Source: Octopus sinensis (Eukaryota). Taken from it: a DNA stretch of 49,311 nt. The stretch lies in the NCBI RefSeq assembly GCF_006345805.1, contig NW_021832779.1, positions 1-49,311 on the forward strand, written 5' to 3'. Below, piece after piece: positions 1 to 12,509 of the stretch. How positions within the stretch are numbered: position 1 is the stretch's first letter; the number at the start of each line of letters is the position of its first letter. Both the position numbers and the translations under genes were made by a program. Below the pieces are notes generated by a model. It did not search any database and was not told the origin of the DNA. It saw only the letters and a program-made list of their open reading frames with translations.

Positions 1-109
1 TACATATATATATATATTATATATAGATAGAAATATATATAGACATATATATATATATACATACATACATACATACACATGCTAGTGTATATATGTATGT
101 GTAAGTGCA

Positions 110-142
<33 letters not shown>

Positions 143-439
143 ATGTATGTATATATACACACACATACATACATTATTACATACACAGATGTACATCTAT
201 CAGCTTGTCATACATTTATATACTTATATGAATACATATATAGACAGAAAAAGTAGGGGAAATTATGATAAACACAAATTTATATCATCTGTTCTCTACG
301 TACGTTTCACCGTTGTGTTCATTTGCATCCTTTGCATTGAATGTTACAGGCACAACCGGATACCGATTCACGATACGTATATAAGGGAAGCACTCTATTG
401 CAATATACTACACATAAACTATCTATACCTAAGCATAAA

Positions 440-671
440 GGCGGCGAGATGGCAGAAACGTTAGTACGCTGGGCGAAATGCTTAGCAGTATTTCGTCTGC
501 CGCTAGGTTCTGAGTTCAAATTCCGCCGAGGTCGACTTTGCCTTTCATCCTTTCGGGGTCGATAAAATAAGTACCAGTTACGCACTGGGGTAGATATAAT
601 CGACTTAATCCCTTTTTCTGTCCTTGTTTGTCCCCTCTGTGTTTAGCCACCTTGTGGGTAGTAAAGAAATA
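440..671 (+). mobile_element. tRNA-derived SINE, family A (octopus OK/OR-type), full length
   Basis: A-box TGGCAGAAACGTTAG, B-box GAGTTCAAATTCC, body GCCTTTCATCCTTTCGGGGTCGATAAA, tail GTGGGTAGTAAAGAAATA; at least 7 related copies in the window. Confidence 0.9.
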
Positions 672-1009
672 GGTATATCATGCCAGAAATATCTCCCTTG
701 ATGATGTGCAGTGTTTCTGCATCCGATTGTACTTGGAACAACCAGTGCAGAAGATCAAAATAACTACAAAGGTGAAATGTAATTTGGGAAGAAATACTAT
801 AAACTTATGTTTATAAACTTATAAACTTATGTTTTTCCAGCATTTGCCCTGTATATCATAACCAGTAATAATACCGAATAGTTGCTTATGCACCATACAG
901 TAAGTAGTCAGGACGATGGTAATCTATATTGAGTTCTAACGGTTGTGGTCGCACATCTAACTGTGCGCACAAGATATATCATATGTGCATGTGTGTATGT
1001 AAGCGCCGC

Positions 1010-1312
1010 ATAATGTATGTATGTCTGTCTGTACGGTGTATGTATGTATGTATGTATGTATGTAGTATGTTTTATGTATGTATGTATGTATGTACGTACG
1101 TACGTATGTATGTATGTATGTATGTATGTATGTATGTATGTATGTATGTATGTACGTATGTATGTATGTATGTATGTATGTGTATATGTATGTATGAATG
1201 TATGTATGTATGAATGTATGTATGTACGTATGTATGTATGTATGTATGTGTGTATGTATGTGTGTATGTATGTATGAATGTATGCATGTATGAATGTATG
1301 TATGTATGTATG
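1010..1312. repeat. (TATG)n microsatellite
   Basis: Direct reading; gives the YVCM/HTYI artefact ORFs. Confidence 0.95.
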
Positions 1313-1744
1313 TTTATTGGACACCCTGCGGGACGAAAAACAAAACCCGTCAAAGGGCGAAGGAACTCTTGAGAGTCAACGGCCATCCAATAAATGCCTT
1401 AAGGCTGTATAATGCGCGGGGACATAGAAATAATCGGACTGAATACCCGATCATGTGGTTAAACCATTGGGAGTGACGGACTCCTAGCCTTTGTTAGGGT
1501 ATCCTCTAGGAGAAGGTAACTCAGGTAACTGGGATACTCCGACATAAACCTGCGGCTCAGTGGTTACCGATGATGTTGACTTGTTCTTCTTTTCGGATTA
1601 TGGCTGCTGTGCTTAATGAGTGGGATTGACTCAGTGCACAGCCTTTCCTCACTTTAAAAAAAATCTTCTTGCACAGGCATTGCACGATACAACATTGATT
1701 AGCTTCGTGTAATGGCCATACTCGATAACGAGGGGGCAGCCACC
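1313..1744 (-). mobile_element. Unclassified ~430-bp retroposon-like insert inside a (CATA)n array
   Basis: Non-repetitive block flanked on both sides by (TATG)n. The minus strand ends in AATAAA followed directly by (CATA)n. Contains CTAGGAGAAGGTAACTC (1506-1522), reminiscent of RTE 5'UTRs. Confidence 0.45.
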
Positions 1745-2093
1745 ATGTATGTATGTATGTATGTATGTATGTATGTATGTATGTATGTATGTATGTATGT
1801 GCGTATGTATGTATGTATGTATGTATGTATGTATGTGCGTATGTATGTATGTATGTATGTATGTATGTGTGTATGTATGTATTATAGTATATATATATTA
1901 TATATATATATATATATATTATATGTATGTATATATGTATGTATGTATGTATGTATAAATGTATGTATGTATGTATGTATGTATGTATAATGTACTTATG
2001 TATGTATGTATGTATGTATATATATGTATGTATAATGTATGTATGTATGTATGTATGTATAAATGTATGTATGTATGTATGTATGTATGTATG
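1745..2093. repeat. (TATG)n/(TA)n microsatellite
   Basis: Direct reading. Confidence 0.95.
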
Positions 2094-2482
2094 TTTAGAC
2101 ATTTAGATGTTTTGAATTTTGACAGAGGTGTGTGTGTAAGGAAAGAGAGGAGACTTGCTCTTTAATCGATATTATTATCAAGGAAAATAGCGATACAGAA
2201 ATTTAATTAAACGCTTCCCGTTTTTGCTTTCAAATCTCACTGGGGTTTCAGTTGCATTTTATTCCATTGGACTCGTTGTTATAATTACCAATACAGAATG
2301 CAGACGCCAGTTTAATTGGTTGTTGACTAACCTAGAAATGTTGGTGTAGTACCGGCGTCGGCAATAGACGATACTCAGACCGCATGTGAGCTTTCTTAAA
2401 AGTTTAATATTTTATAACAATTTTTAGATCTCTTTCTGTTGATTTAAAATATTCTGTTTCTTTCGTTTATGCTTTTCCTTCC

Positions 2483-2710
2483 TATTTCTTTACTACCCAC
2501 AAGGGGCTAAACATTAGAGTGGACAAACAAGGACAGAAAAAGGGATTAAGTTGATTACATTGACCCCAGTGCGTAACTGGTACTTAATTTATCGACCCCG
2601 AAAGGATGAAAGGCAAAGTCGGCCACGGCGGAATTTGAACTCAGAACGTAAAGGCAGACGAAATACGGCTACGCATTTCGCCCGGCGACTAACGATTCTG
2701 CCAGTTCGCC
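2483..2710 (-). mobile_element. SINE family A with 12-bp TSD
   Basis: Reverse complement of family A; GCTTTTCCTTCC at 2471-2482 and 2711-2722. Confidence 0.9.
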
Positions 2711-2953
2711 GCTTTTCCTTCCAATCAACGACAAATCACTGAATAGGCTACATTCTTAAACATCACAATAATGTACCTTTTACTACATAAGAGGCAAATT
2801 AAATCTTTAAACCTTTAGTTACTTTTGATTTTTTTTATTCAGTTACTTTGGTGTGGTCATTCTTTATGGTGAACAATACTTTTATAATAAATTGTCATGT
2901 CTCAGGCGAACAGCGAGAATCGAAACGACGACTTGTGTATTTGTTCTTAATAG

Positions 2954-3124
2954 GTTCACGGCAGATTTGAACTTGAATACACTAATCGCAGTTGTTTTCG
3001 GTCACTAGTGAAACAATATCGCCTTTACGACTATGTGCTCATAAGACACTGGATTAGTTCAAGGGACTTTGGGACACCACTGTTTCGACACGTTTTGTCT
3101 CATCAGTTGAAATACGCAGTCTAA
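2954..3124 (+). CDS. Candidate terminal coding exon, unknown gene (VHGRFELEYTNRSCFRSLVKQYRLYDYVLIRHW...KYAV*)
   Basis: Acceptor TTGTTCTTAATAG immediately precedes a 56-codon open frame; AATAAA at 3344-3349; no recognisable domain. Confidence 0.25.
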   Translation, partial: VHGRFELEYTNRSCFRSLVKQYRLYDYVLIRHWISSRDFGTPLFRHVLSHQLKYAV

Positions 3125-3403
3125 CGAATTTGAGAAGTACCGATGGCCTTACGTGTAAGGCATTTGTTATAAGGTCCACAGTTTGATAAATGCTGCTCAT
3201 GTCTGAAATAATGAAATTATATACGGTGTGTTATGTACTATAAAATTGCTAGTTCAATTATTTCAGTTGTGTACCTGTATTCATGAGCAGCATCTTTGTC
3301 ATGCTCACTGGTAAATCAATGCAGTTTGTGATTGACTAACTATAATAAAGCACAGCATAACTTACCCTGTACATTTTACGGTGCTAGATAAGTTACTATT
3401 TTA

Positions 3404-3605
3404 TATTTCTTTACTACCCACAAGGGGCTAAACACAGAGGGGACAAACAAGGGCAGACAAACGGATTAAGTCGATTATATCGACCCCAGTGCGTAACTGG
3501 TACTTATTTAATCGACCTCGGCGGAATTTGAACTCAGAACGTAGCGCAGACGATATATCGCAAAACATTTCGCCCGGCATCTAACGATTCTACCAGCTCG
3601 CCGCC
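3404..3605 (-). mobile_element. SINE family A with internal deletion and 16-bp TSD
   Basis: TSD ATAAGTTACTATTTTA at 3388-3403 and 3608-3623. Confidence 0.9.
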
Positions 3606-3785
3606 ATATAAGTTACTATTTTAGCAGTGTGGTCCCACGGTTGAGAAATATCCAGTAAAGACTTCAGTTAGTAAAAAATTTAACCCTCAGGCCAGGTTTC
3701 CTGTCTGATTAATAAAAATTGACATTACCGAAGAGTATAAATGTTAATATTTTGTAGTTCTTTTAATCTTCAGAATCTAAAACAC

Positions 3786-4191
3786 TTACTTACTTGTACT
3801 TGTGGCGACATCCACCCTGGGCGGGTTGAGTCGGCTTCTTCTACCACCCTCGAGGCATCTCGAACAATGGCAGTGGAAGAGGTTTCGTGGGAATATGTGG
3901 GTTTCACAAGCGGTCCCCAACAATCCTGCATGTAGAGACATCCTATTTGCCGCAGATTGTCCGCAGACGCAGGGACAGAACGACCGAGGAGCTGCCAGTT
4001 GTTAAAGCAGACACTCCGAGGATTTTCACCAGAGTCCCGTCTGCCGGGTTGTGGCCCTAATACCACTCGGTGTCAGACCAATCCGCCTTGGGTGGCCCTA
4101 CCAGGAACCGAAGTTCCCGACGGCATAGCTCTGACACTACCCGTTACCAGCGTCCCCACCACGGTGAGGAGGGGATGGACTTTGGGGACGC
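3786..4191 (-). mobile_element. ~400-bp non-autonomous RTE-like retroposon, copy 1
   Basis: Second copy at 21927-22326; (AAGT)n 3' tail; segment GGTGGCCCTACCAGG...GCATAGCTC...CCACCACGGTGAGG resembles RTE (Expander/Rex3-type) 5'UTRs in reverse; 12-bp TSD AATCTAAAACAC at 3774-3785 and 4192-4203. Confidence 0.7.
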
Positions 4192-6148
4192 AATCTAAAA
4201 CACGGACGAAAAGGATAGAGAAGAAAATGTCGGCAAAAATTTTCTTCAATGCATTTATCTCCGATACTTTCTTTTCTTTAACGCGTTCTAATTGCTATGG
4301 TTTCAAATTTAGTTTTAAAATACTTTTGAAATTTGAATTTACAATCAATATGATACTAAAATAATTTTAAATCAAAATCACAAATAAAATATTTTATAAA
4401 AATAAAAGATGAGAAAACTAAAGTGAATTTCATATTATTTTGAACAAAGGGTTTTAATGAATTTTTAATAATTAACATAGAGGAAGTTTTTGAGGTAAAC
4501 CAAATTCTTTCTTCTCAATAATTCAGTTTTTGCGTTATTTGAAGAACGATTTCTTACGTATTTCTTTTTTCTGCTTCACAATATTTAATAACTTTCATAT
4601 TTAGTTCGAAATGGGATACGCTATTTTTGAGAAATATTTTAAAAGGGGACTTTAATGAAATTTCCGCCCTACGGAAGTTGATTAAAATTTATTTGTAAAA
4701 AGAAAAAAGATGTTGATTTTCTTTTCAAGTGCTTCTAAAAATTAGGAAGGGGGAAATTTTATTGAATAATTCTGAATATTAAAAAATGCAAACAACGCAG
4801 AAGTGATTATAATTATAATTTTTTTTTTTTAATACACAAAATAAGGGTAGTCATTTAACAACAATATAGTAACTAGTTCACAGTGATAAGCTAAATAATT
4901 TACAGCATATATTTTCAATTCTTTTTCATTTGAAATACTCTGGGGGTCGATGAAATATTTACCAGTTATAAATTAAAGACTATCTTTCATTTAAAAACAT
5001 GTTCAAAAGTAGAAGAAATGTAATCTTCTGTGAAAGAAGTTAACTTAGGTTTCGAGTAGAAAGCTTCAAACAAAGAGGCGGGGACGACATGCTGATTGGT
5101 GTCGAAAGACAAATAAATTAGGTCTAATGAAAAAGCGGGATGGTAAATTTTATAACTGTGAAAAATTGGGGAAGAGAGAAATTTTGGTTTTGTAAGAAGC
5201 TCAAAGAAATTAATATGAAATGAGCTTGATGCAACAAATTTAACAGGAAATTGGTTCCGAGCCATGTCATTAAGTCGGTGTTCTGGGATTTTGAAAAAGA
5301 AAAGAAAATGGCGATAAAAAAATAACTTTATTCAACTCTAGACCGGATTTAATTTTTAGTTTCGTAAAGATTGGAAATAATAAGATTCTTCATATACAAG
5401 GTTTTAGATAGAAAAAAACAAACAATAATTACTTAAACTAAGCAGAAAAGTTTCTTTAATGTGTTACAAAACCCAAAATACGATGTTTAAATTCTCAAAT
5501 AATTTCAAATAGTAGGAGAGCGTCGAATTATAACATTCTTCCGATAAAATGGAGAATTTACCGCATAGTATGGACACACATCCACATTCACCTGTTCATG
5601 CATACATACATACACACACACACACGCATACACACACACACACACACACATATGATATGGAAATATAAATTATATATATATATAATATATATAAATTATA
5701 TATATGTATATATAATTTATTCCTTTTGATTTTCGTCACTGGACTACAACTATGCTGAAGTGTTGCCTGCATAAATTCAATCAAACTACATTTTCAGTTT
5801 TAGTCTGGCAGTTATTTTTTATTGATCTTTGTTTATCGATCGGCTAAGTTACGCTCTCTGATACGTCTCTCACTTTAAAATTAAACATAGACAAACGTAC
5901 ACACATGTACACACATCTTTACTATCCTTTCTCTCTCTTTATGTATGAGTGCATGTGTACGTGTGCGTATATATATATGTGTGCTTGTCTGTGTGTGAGT
6001 GCGTGTGTGTATGTGTGTGTGCATGTGTGTATTTTAAAATGTATAGAAGGAAAAGCAAGATATATAATAATGGGACTCACTACATGCAGAAGAGTAGGAA
6101 AAAGAATTGTTTTCAGAATATCCCATATAGATACAAATTACTATTTAA

Positions 6149-6599
6149 GGTGGCGAGCTGGCAGAATCGTTAGCACGGCAGGCGAAATACTTAGCGGCAT
6201 TTCGTCTGCTGCTACGTTTCTGAGTTCAAATTCCACCGAGGTCGACTTTGCCTTTCATCTTTTCGGGGTCGATAAATTAAGTACCTATTTCTTTATTACC
6301 CACAAGGGGCTAAACATAGAGGGGACAAACATAGGTATTAAGTCGCTCACATCGACGCCAGTGCGTAACTGGTGCTTAATTTATCGACCCCAAAAGGATG
6401 AAAGGCAAAGTCGACCTCGGCGGAATTTGAACTCGCAACGTTACGGCAGCCGAAATACCACTAAGCATTTCGCCCGACGTGCTAACGATTCTGCCAGCTC
6501 GCCTAGTTACACAGTGGAGTCGATATAATCGACTTAATCCGTTTGTCTGTCCTTGTTTGTCCCCTCTGTGTTTAGCCCCTTGTGGGTAGTAAAGAAATA
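6149..6599 (+). mobile_element. SINE family A host copy, split by an antisense copy (host = 6149-6285 + 6505-6599)
   Basis: The two halves join seamlessly at AAGTACC|AGTTAC of the family body. Confidence 0.85.
6286..6504 (-). mobile_element. SINE family A nested antisense copy
   Basis: Near full-length reverse complement; no TSD visible. Confidence 0.85.
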
Positions 6600-6776
6600 G
6601 GTATTTCGTCTGTCATCATGTTCTGAGTTCAAATGCCACCGGGGTCGACTTTGCCTTTCATCCTTTCGGGGTTGATAAATTAAGTACCAGTTACACACTG
6701 GAGTCAATTTAATCGACTGGTCCCCTCCCCCAAAATGTCAGACCTTGTGCCTATAGTAGAAAGGATTATTATTATT
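6600..6776 (+). mobile_element. 5'-truncated family-A-related SINE with a different tail
   Basis: Starts at internal GGTATTTCGTCTG; ends CCTTGTGCCTATAGTAGAAAGGATTATTATT. Confidence 0.75.
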
Positions 6777-6815
6777 AGACAAGACGAAGAACGCAATGCG
6801 ATTGCAATAGATATT

Positions 6816-8330
6816 TTATTGGTTGAACGATGTTTTGACACTCCCAGTGTCTTTTACAAGTTCAAAATATAAAATGAAATTAAATTCAAAGACAGGAAAT
6901 GCTGAAATGCTGAAACTCCCAAATAAAACGGCATCATCAGTCTTTGGTTTTTCACCAAAGATAGCAGAATGAAGGAATTTACAGCCTCTTTGTGAGTCAA
7001 GCTCCTTGATGGTAGTGTCGGTATCTAATTTAATGTAAGCTGTTTGTTTGAACTTGCCTCTTACAAAAGCAGTTTCAGCACACTTGCCAATGCCAAACTC
7101 CATCCTTGTTAAACGCTTTAACAGTTGTTAACAGCCCTTCTAGTTCTTCGTCATTCCTAGCAAACAGCTTCAGATCGTCCATATAAAACAGACGGTTTAT
7201 TGTCATATTATACACTTTCAACCAATACCTGGTGTTACTCAGTTCGTTTGAAAGTGGGATGAGTGCCATGCAAAAGAGTAATGGGGAGAGGAAGTCACCT
7301 TGAAAGATGCCTCATTTGATACTGGTGTTGCTAGATTGGCTTATCTCATTACTATGGTTTAGAAGGAGACGTGTATTGCATTTGGCCATGCTACCTTTTA
7401 AGAATGTGGAGACGACAGGAGCGATCTTGTATATCTCAAGGGCCTTGAGTAACCAATTATGTGGGACGCTATCAAACGCTTTGTTGTAGTCTATCCATGC
7501 CATACTTAGGTTCTTTTGGCCATGCTACCTTATAAGAATTTGGAGACGACAGAAGAGATCTTGTATACCTCAAGGACCTCGAGTAACCAGTTATGTGGGA
7601 CACTATCAAACGCTTTCATGCATACTTAGGTTTCTTCTTTTTGTACTGTCAATTCTCTACAATCATTTGTAATTGATCTTTGTATCCATAAGAATTGCTT
7701 TCACAACCTTTTTTGAGCTTGTGGAAGGACAGAGTCCTGTTCCAAAAAAGTGTATATTCTTTCAGTTAGTATCAATGTAAGGATCTTGTAAGTGTTGTTG
7801 ACACATGTTATCAGTTTGTAGTTCTTCGAATTTTTCGTGTCTTCAGTTTTTGGTAGAAAGTATGTTGTTCCTACGAACAGCCAGACAAGTATTTGCAATG
7901 GGTTCTGGATGAGATCAGTTAGAGATGCAGCAAAATGTTGGTGTACATCTGTCAAACAATTCAGCCAGATATTAGGAATCTGGTCCAGTCCTGGGTGTTT
8001 CCATTTATGAGATTTCCTAAGAACACACTTTAGTTCTTCTGTTCCTATTGCCTCCCATTTCTGCTCTTCAACTTCATCCAGTCTCACTTTCTCATGTTCT
8101 ATCCAGTGAGCTTTAGCTTCATATTCTTTCTTGTTGCTCCATATCTTCTTTCAGAACTCTTCTTTTTCCCCAGTCTTAGGTGGCTCCTTTACTTCTGTCT
8201 TGCTTTTTCCAATTTACCTATAAAATTTCTTTGCATCCATCTTCAATACATTGTTTTGTCTTTGATTTTCTTCTTATCATACCTTCTAAACCGTTAGGCT
8301 TTCTGCCATATTCGTTGTTACACTATTTCC
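6816..8330 (-). mobile_element. Decayed RLE-type (R4/Dong-like) non-LTR retrotransposon, RT region
   Basis: Motifs WKHPGLDQIPN, KNYKLITC, AWIDYNKAFDSVPH, MALIPLS, LFYMDDLKLFA, MEFGIGKCA spread over frameshifted ORFs. Confidence 0.85.
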
Positions 8331-8620
8331 TTGGGCGCAGGAATATGTATAACATCTTTGATTCAACAAAAGATGCACAGCAAATGCACGCGCAACAAAT
8401 GTTTATTACAGCACCAACGGATGTGACTCACTATCATCAACTAGTAAACTTTTCCCTATCATTGCAAAACTCATAAGATAATCATCAAAAGAAAACAAAA
8501 GAAACTCATATCTTTGTGCACACTGCAAATCCTGTCTTCTCTTAATTTGCAGCCAAACCTTCTACTATCATTTTATGACTCAATCAGATGAAATAGGGTA
8601 GCGTCTATGATATTGTTCAG

Positions 8621-8666
8621 ATTATGGAACACTGGTAGGAGAAGAGAGGAAGTTCTCTTCAAGGCG
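8621..8666 (+). CDS. Weak 46-nt exon candidate
   Basis: TTGTTCAG| ... |GTGAGT; two frames open (DYGTLVGEERKFSSR or LWNTGRREEVLFKA); no homology recognised. Confidence 0.15.
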
Positions 8667-8869
8667 GTGAGTTAACAAAAAAAATATATTTACAACAGAA
8701 TCGACTCTGATACACAAAATGGCGAGATGCTGCTGCTGTACCCGAGCGATCTGAATGTCATCTATTTTTAGAGAAATCTGAGTACAACGATTTAAATGTT
8801 TCTCCGGACAAAATTTCAGTATTTTTAACAACATTTCTGTTCATCCACCTTCGATTTATACATGCATAC

Positions 8870-8916
8870 ATGTGTGTGTGTGCGTGAGTGAGTGGTTGTG
8901 TGTGTGAGTGTGTGTG

Positions 8917-8980
<64 letters not shown>
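8870..8980. repeat. (GT)n microsatellite
   Basis: Direct reading. Confidence 0.95.
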
Positions 8981-8982
<2 letters not shown>

Positions 8983-9494
8983 AGTATACATTTCAAATAT
9001 TTAAAACGAACAACACGAGTGAATGCTTTATTTTGTAGGAGTGCTACTTACATGGACAACTTTGTAGACTTTTAGTGGATGGTATGTTACTACAAATTTA
9101 GTAGGAATCATCTTGGCAGTAAATCCTAGGCGTGGTTATAATTTCGGTGGGGAAAGAGCTTGTAGGTTAACCCCCCCCCCAAAAAAAAGACTTCTTTGTG
9201 TTATTGCTGTGTTTTATTTTATGCTTATCATTATTATTCAGGAGGAAAGGCAGCACATATGACACTTTTGAAGGCATCCGAGAAAGGAAGGTATCCTCAG
9301 AGGGATGACATGGCCCGAATGCCTGGTGGTGGTGTTAGGTGGCACATTAAATCTACCACTCAGCTAGGCCTAGCTGGAAAGTGAACAGGGAACGTAAAGA
9401 GCCGGAACAAATTTGGCAAGCATTCAATTTAATTCATTCTATATACTTCTTGATAATTCTGGCAAAAGAGCCAGCAAGTTAGAGTGGTGAGAAA

Positions 9495-9890
9495 TCAGTT
9501 ACATCGATCCCATTGTTAAACTGGTACATATTTTATCGAACCGGCGGCGAGCTGGCAGAAACGTTGGCACGTCGGGCGAAATGCTTAGCGGTATTTCGTC
9601 TGCCGTTACATTGTGAGTTCAAATTCCGCGAGGTCGACTTTGCCTTTCATCCTTTCGGGGTCGATAAATTAAGTACCAGTTGCGCACTGGGGTCGATGTA
9701 ATCGACTTAATACCTATGTCTGTCCTTGTTTGTCCCCTTTATGTTTAGCCCTTTGTGGGTAATAAAGAAATAGGTACATATTTTATCGAACCCGAAATAA
9801 TGAAAGGTAAAGTAGACTTCGGCGGAATTTGAACTCAAAACGTAAAGAGATGGAAAAGATGCCACTAAACACTTTTCTAACATTCTATAT
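9495..9890 (-). mobile_element. Older family-A-related SINE (host), interrupted at 9543-9772
   Basis: Degenerate reverse complement: CTGGTACATATTTTATCGAACCCGAAATAATGAAAGGTAAAGTAGACTTCGGCGGAATTTGAACTC. Confidence 0.7.
9543..9772 (+). mobile_element. SINE family A, full length, 20-bp TSD
   Basis: TSD GGTACATATTTTATCGAACC at 9523-9542 and 9773-9792. Confidence 0.92.
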
Positions 9891-10334
9891 ATGATAATTA
9901 TCATGTTATGTCTCAATCTTAAATGCATTAATGACCATTTTGCTCCATTTCTAAACACAGCTATACTAATATTTTCTTTCATTTATCTTTAACTACAATA
10001 CACCAGTTTCATCTATAGTCCACATTGGCATTTTCACGCCATACTTTGGTTGTTTCCATTATGAAGCATCTTGAAATAATTCTTCGTTAAAGACATGACA
10101 ATCTAAACTGCTTCATCAATAACACGATCACTTAACTATACCTCAAGTCAAACTCAACAGAGGAATCTAAATATAGCCACTCGATCTCTTAGAAATAGTA
10201 CCCAAATCTCCTTCAATACCCACTAGAGCATGTTTTAAAAAAATGAATAAATAAAATTTCGGAATGGTCATAGTAAAATCATCTTTGATTCTAAGGATGC
10301 TCAATTAGCCGTGATTTCGGTTACACAAAAATAG

Positions 10335-10397
10335 CATCAACTACTACTACTACTACTACTACTACTATTACTAGCATCACCACCACCACCACCGCCG

Positions 10398-10458
<61 letters not shown>

Positions 10459-10475
10459 AACTACTACTACTACTA
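10335..10475. repeat. (ACT)n/(ACC)n trinucleotide repeat
   Basis: Direct reading. Confidence 0.9.
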
Positions 10476-10533
10476 CGTGTATTCAAGACAGTAGTATGTG
10501 TACGTGTGTATGTCTGCGTGAGTATCTATGTAG

Positions 10534-10638
10534 ATATTGTCTGGGTGTCGAATTCTTTTGCGGCATTCATTTTGGGTTTCCGTGGTGTGTGTTCAAATCT
10601 GGTGGAGGCCAACATCGACTTTCAAATTTTCAGGGACG
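10534..10638 (+). CDS. Candidate 105-nt phase 1-1 exon (DIVWVSNSFAAFILGFRGVCSNLVEANIDFQIFRD)
   Basis: TATGTAG| weak acceptor, |GTAAGC strong donor, frame open, length divisible by 3. Confidence 0.2.
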
Positions 10639-10911
10639 GTAAGCACAACTTAGTCGACTACTTACTTCATTTTTCTTCTTCCTTCTTTTTCTTTTCTCTC
10701 TATCAATCTTCCTTTCGCACCTGAAAGAGAATGGTCCTTGGCGGATCCAAAGATTCCTCAGGCTATATACCATGACAGCGCCCTTACAACGCCATGACAG
10801 GTATGGGAATCTGAGAGGGGAATGTGTTGAATAAAATCATAATTAACTGATCCTCATGTATTTTCTTTTAATCAATTCCGGAAATTTTCAGCAGCCCGTT
10901 CTAAATACACG

Positions 10912-12349
10912 TATATATATATATATATATATATGAGCATGTATGCATGTATGTATGTATGCATGTATGTATGTATGTATGTATGTATGTATGTATGAAT
11001 GTATGTATGTATGTATGAATGTATGTATGTATGTATGTATGTATGTATGTATGTATGCATGCATGTATGTATGTATGTATGTATGTATGTATGTATGTAT
11101 GTATGTATGTACGTATGTATGTATGCATGTGTGTATGTATGTATGCATGTATATGTATGTATGTATGTATGTATGTAGTATGCATGCATGTATGTATATA
11201 TGTATGTATGCATGTATGTATGTGTGTGTGTATGTATGTATGTATGTACGTATGTATGTATGTATGCATGCATGTATGTATGTATGTATGTATGTATGTA
11301 TGTATTTATGTATGTATGTATGTATTTATGTATGTATGTATGTATGTATGTATGTATGCATGTGTGTATGTATGTATGCATGTATGTATGTATGTATGTA
11401 TGTATGTATGTATGTATGTATGTATGTATGCATGCATGTATGTATGTATGTATGTATGTATGTATGTATGCATGCATGTATGTATGTATGTATGTATGTA
11501 TGTATGTATATATGTATGTATGTATGCATGTATGTATGTATTTATGTATGTATGTATGTATGTATGTATGCATGTATGTACGTATGTATGTACGTATGTA
11601 TGTATGTATTTATGTATGTATGTATGTATGTATTTATGTATGTATGTATGTATGCATGTATGTACGTATGTATGTACGTATGTATGTATGTATTTATGTA
11701 TGTATGTATGTATGTATGTATGTACGTATGCATGTATGTATGTATGTATGTATGTATGTATGTATGTATGTATGCATGTATGTACGTATGTATGTATGCA
11801 TGTGTGTATGTATGTATGCATGTATGTATGTATGTATGTATGTATGTATGTATGTATGTATGCATGCATGTATGTATATATGTATTATGCATGTATGTAT
11901 GTGTGTGTGTATGTATGTATGTACGTACGTATGTATGTATGTATGCATGCATGTATGTATGTATGTATGTATGTATGTATGTATGTATGTATTTATGTAT
12001 GTATGTATGTATTTATGTATGTATGTATGTATGAATGTATGTATGTACGTATGTATGTATGTATGTATGTATGCATGCATGTATGTATGTATGTATGTAT
12101 GTATGCATGCATGTATGTATGTATTTATGTATGTATGTATGTATGTATTTATGTATGTATGTATGTATGTATGTATGTATGTATGTGTGTATGTATGCAT
12201 GTATGTATGTATGTATGTATGTATGTATATATGTATGTATGTATGCATGTATGTATGTATGTATGTATGTATGCATGTATGTACGTATGTATGTATGTAT
12301 GTATGTATGTATGTATTTATGTATGTATGTATGTATTTATGTATGTATG

Positions 12350-12381
<32 letters not shown>

Positions 12382-12475
12382 CATGTATGTATGTATGTAT
12401 GTATGTATATATGTATGTATGTATGCATGTATGTACGTAAATTTTCAGCAGCCCGTTCTAAATACACGTATATAT

Positions 12476-12509
<34 letters not shown>

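Noticed and set aside
4100-4189. Possible HDV-like ribozyme at the 5' end of the RTE-like element (terminal GTCCCCA pairs with TGGGGAC; TCCTCAC loop-like)
   Set aside because: P3 and P1.1 are imperfect, no P2 partner or J4/2 found by eye, and P1 is broken in copy 2; needs a descriptor search on the consensus
4250-5560. AT-rich block with a 92-aa minus-strand ORF (possible NUMT or decayed element)
   Set aside because: No recognisable mitochondrial gene or transposon motif
10330-10480. CRISPR-like or telomeric arrays
   Set aside because: No repeat-spacer periodicity or TTAGGG arrays anywhere; only simple repeats
10666-10720. Minus-strand exon-like segment (TCTCTTTCAG|...|GTAAGT)
   Set aside because: Low-complexity purine-rich content; no partner exons
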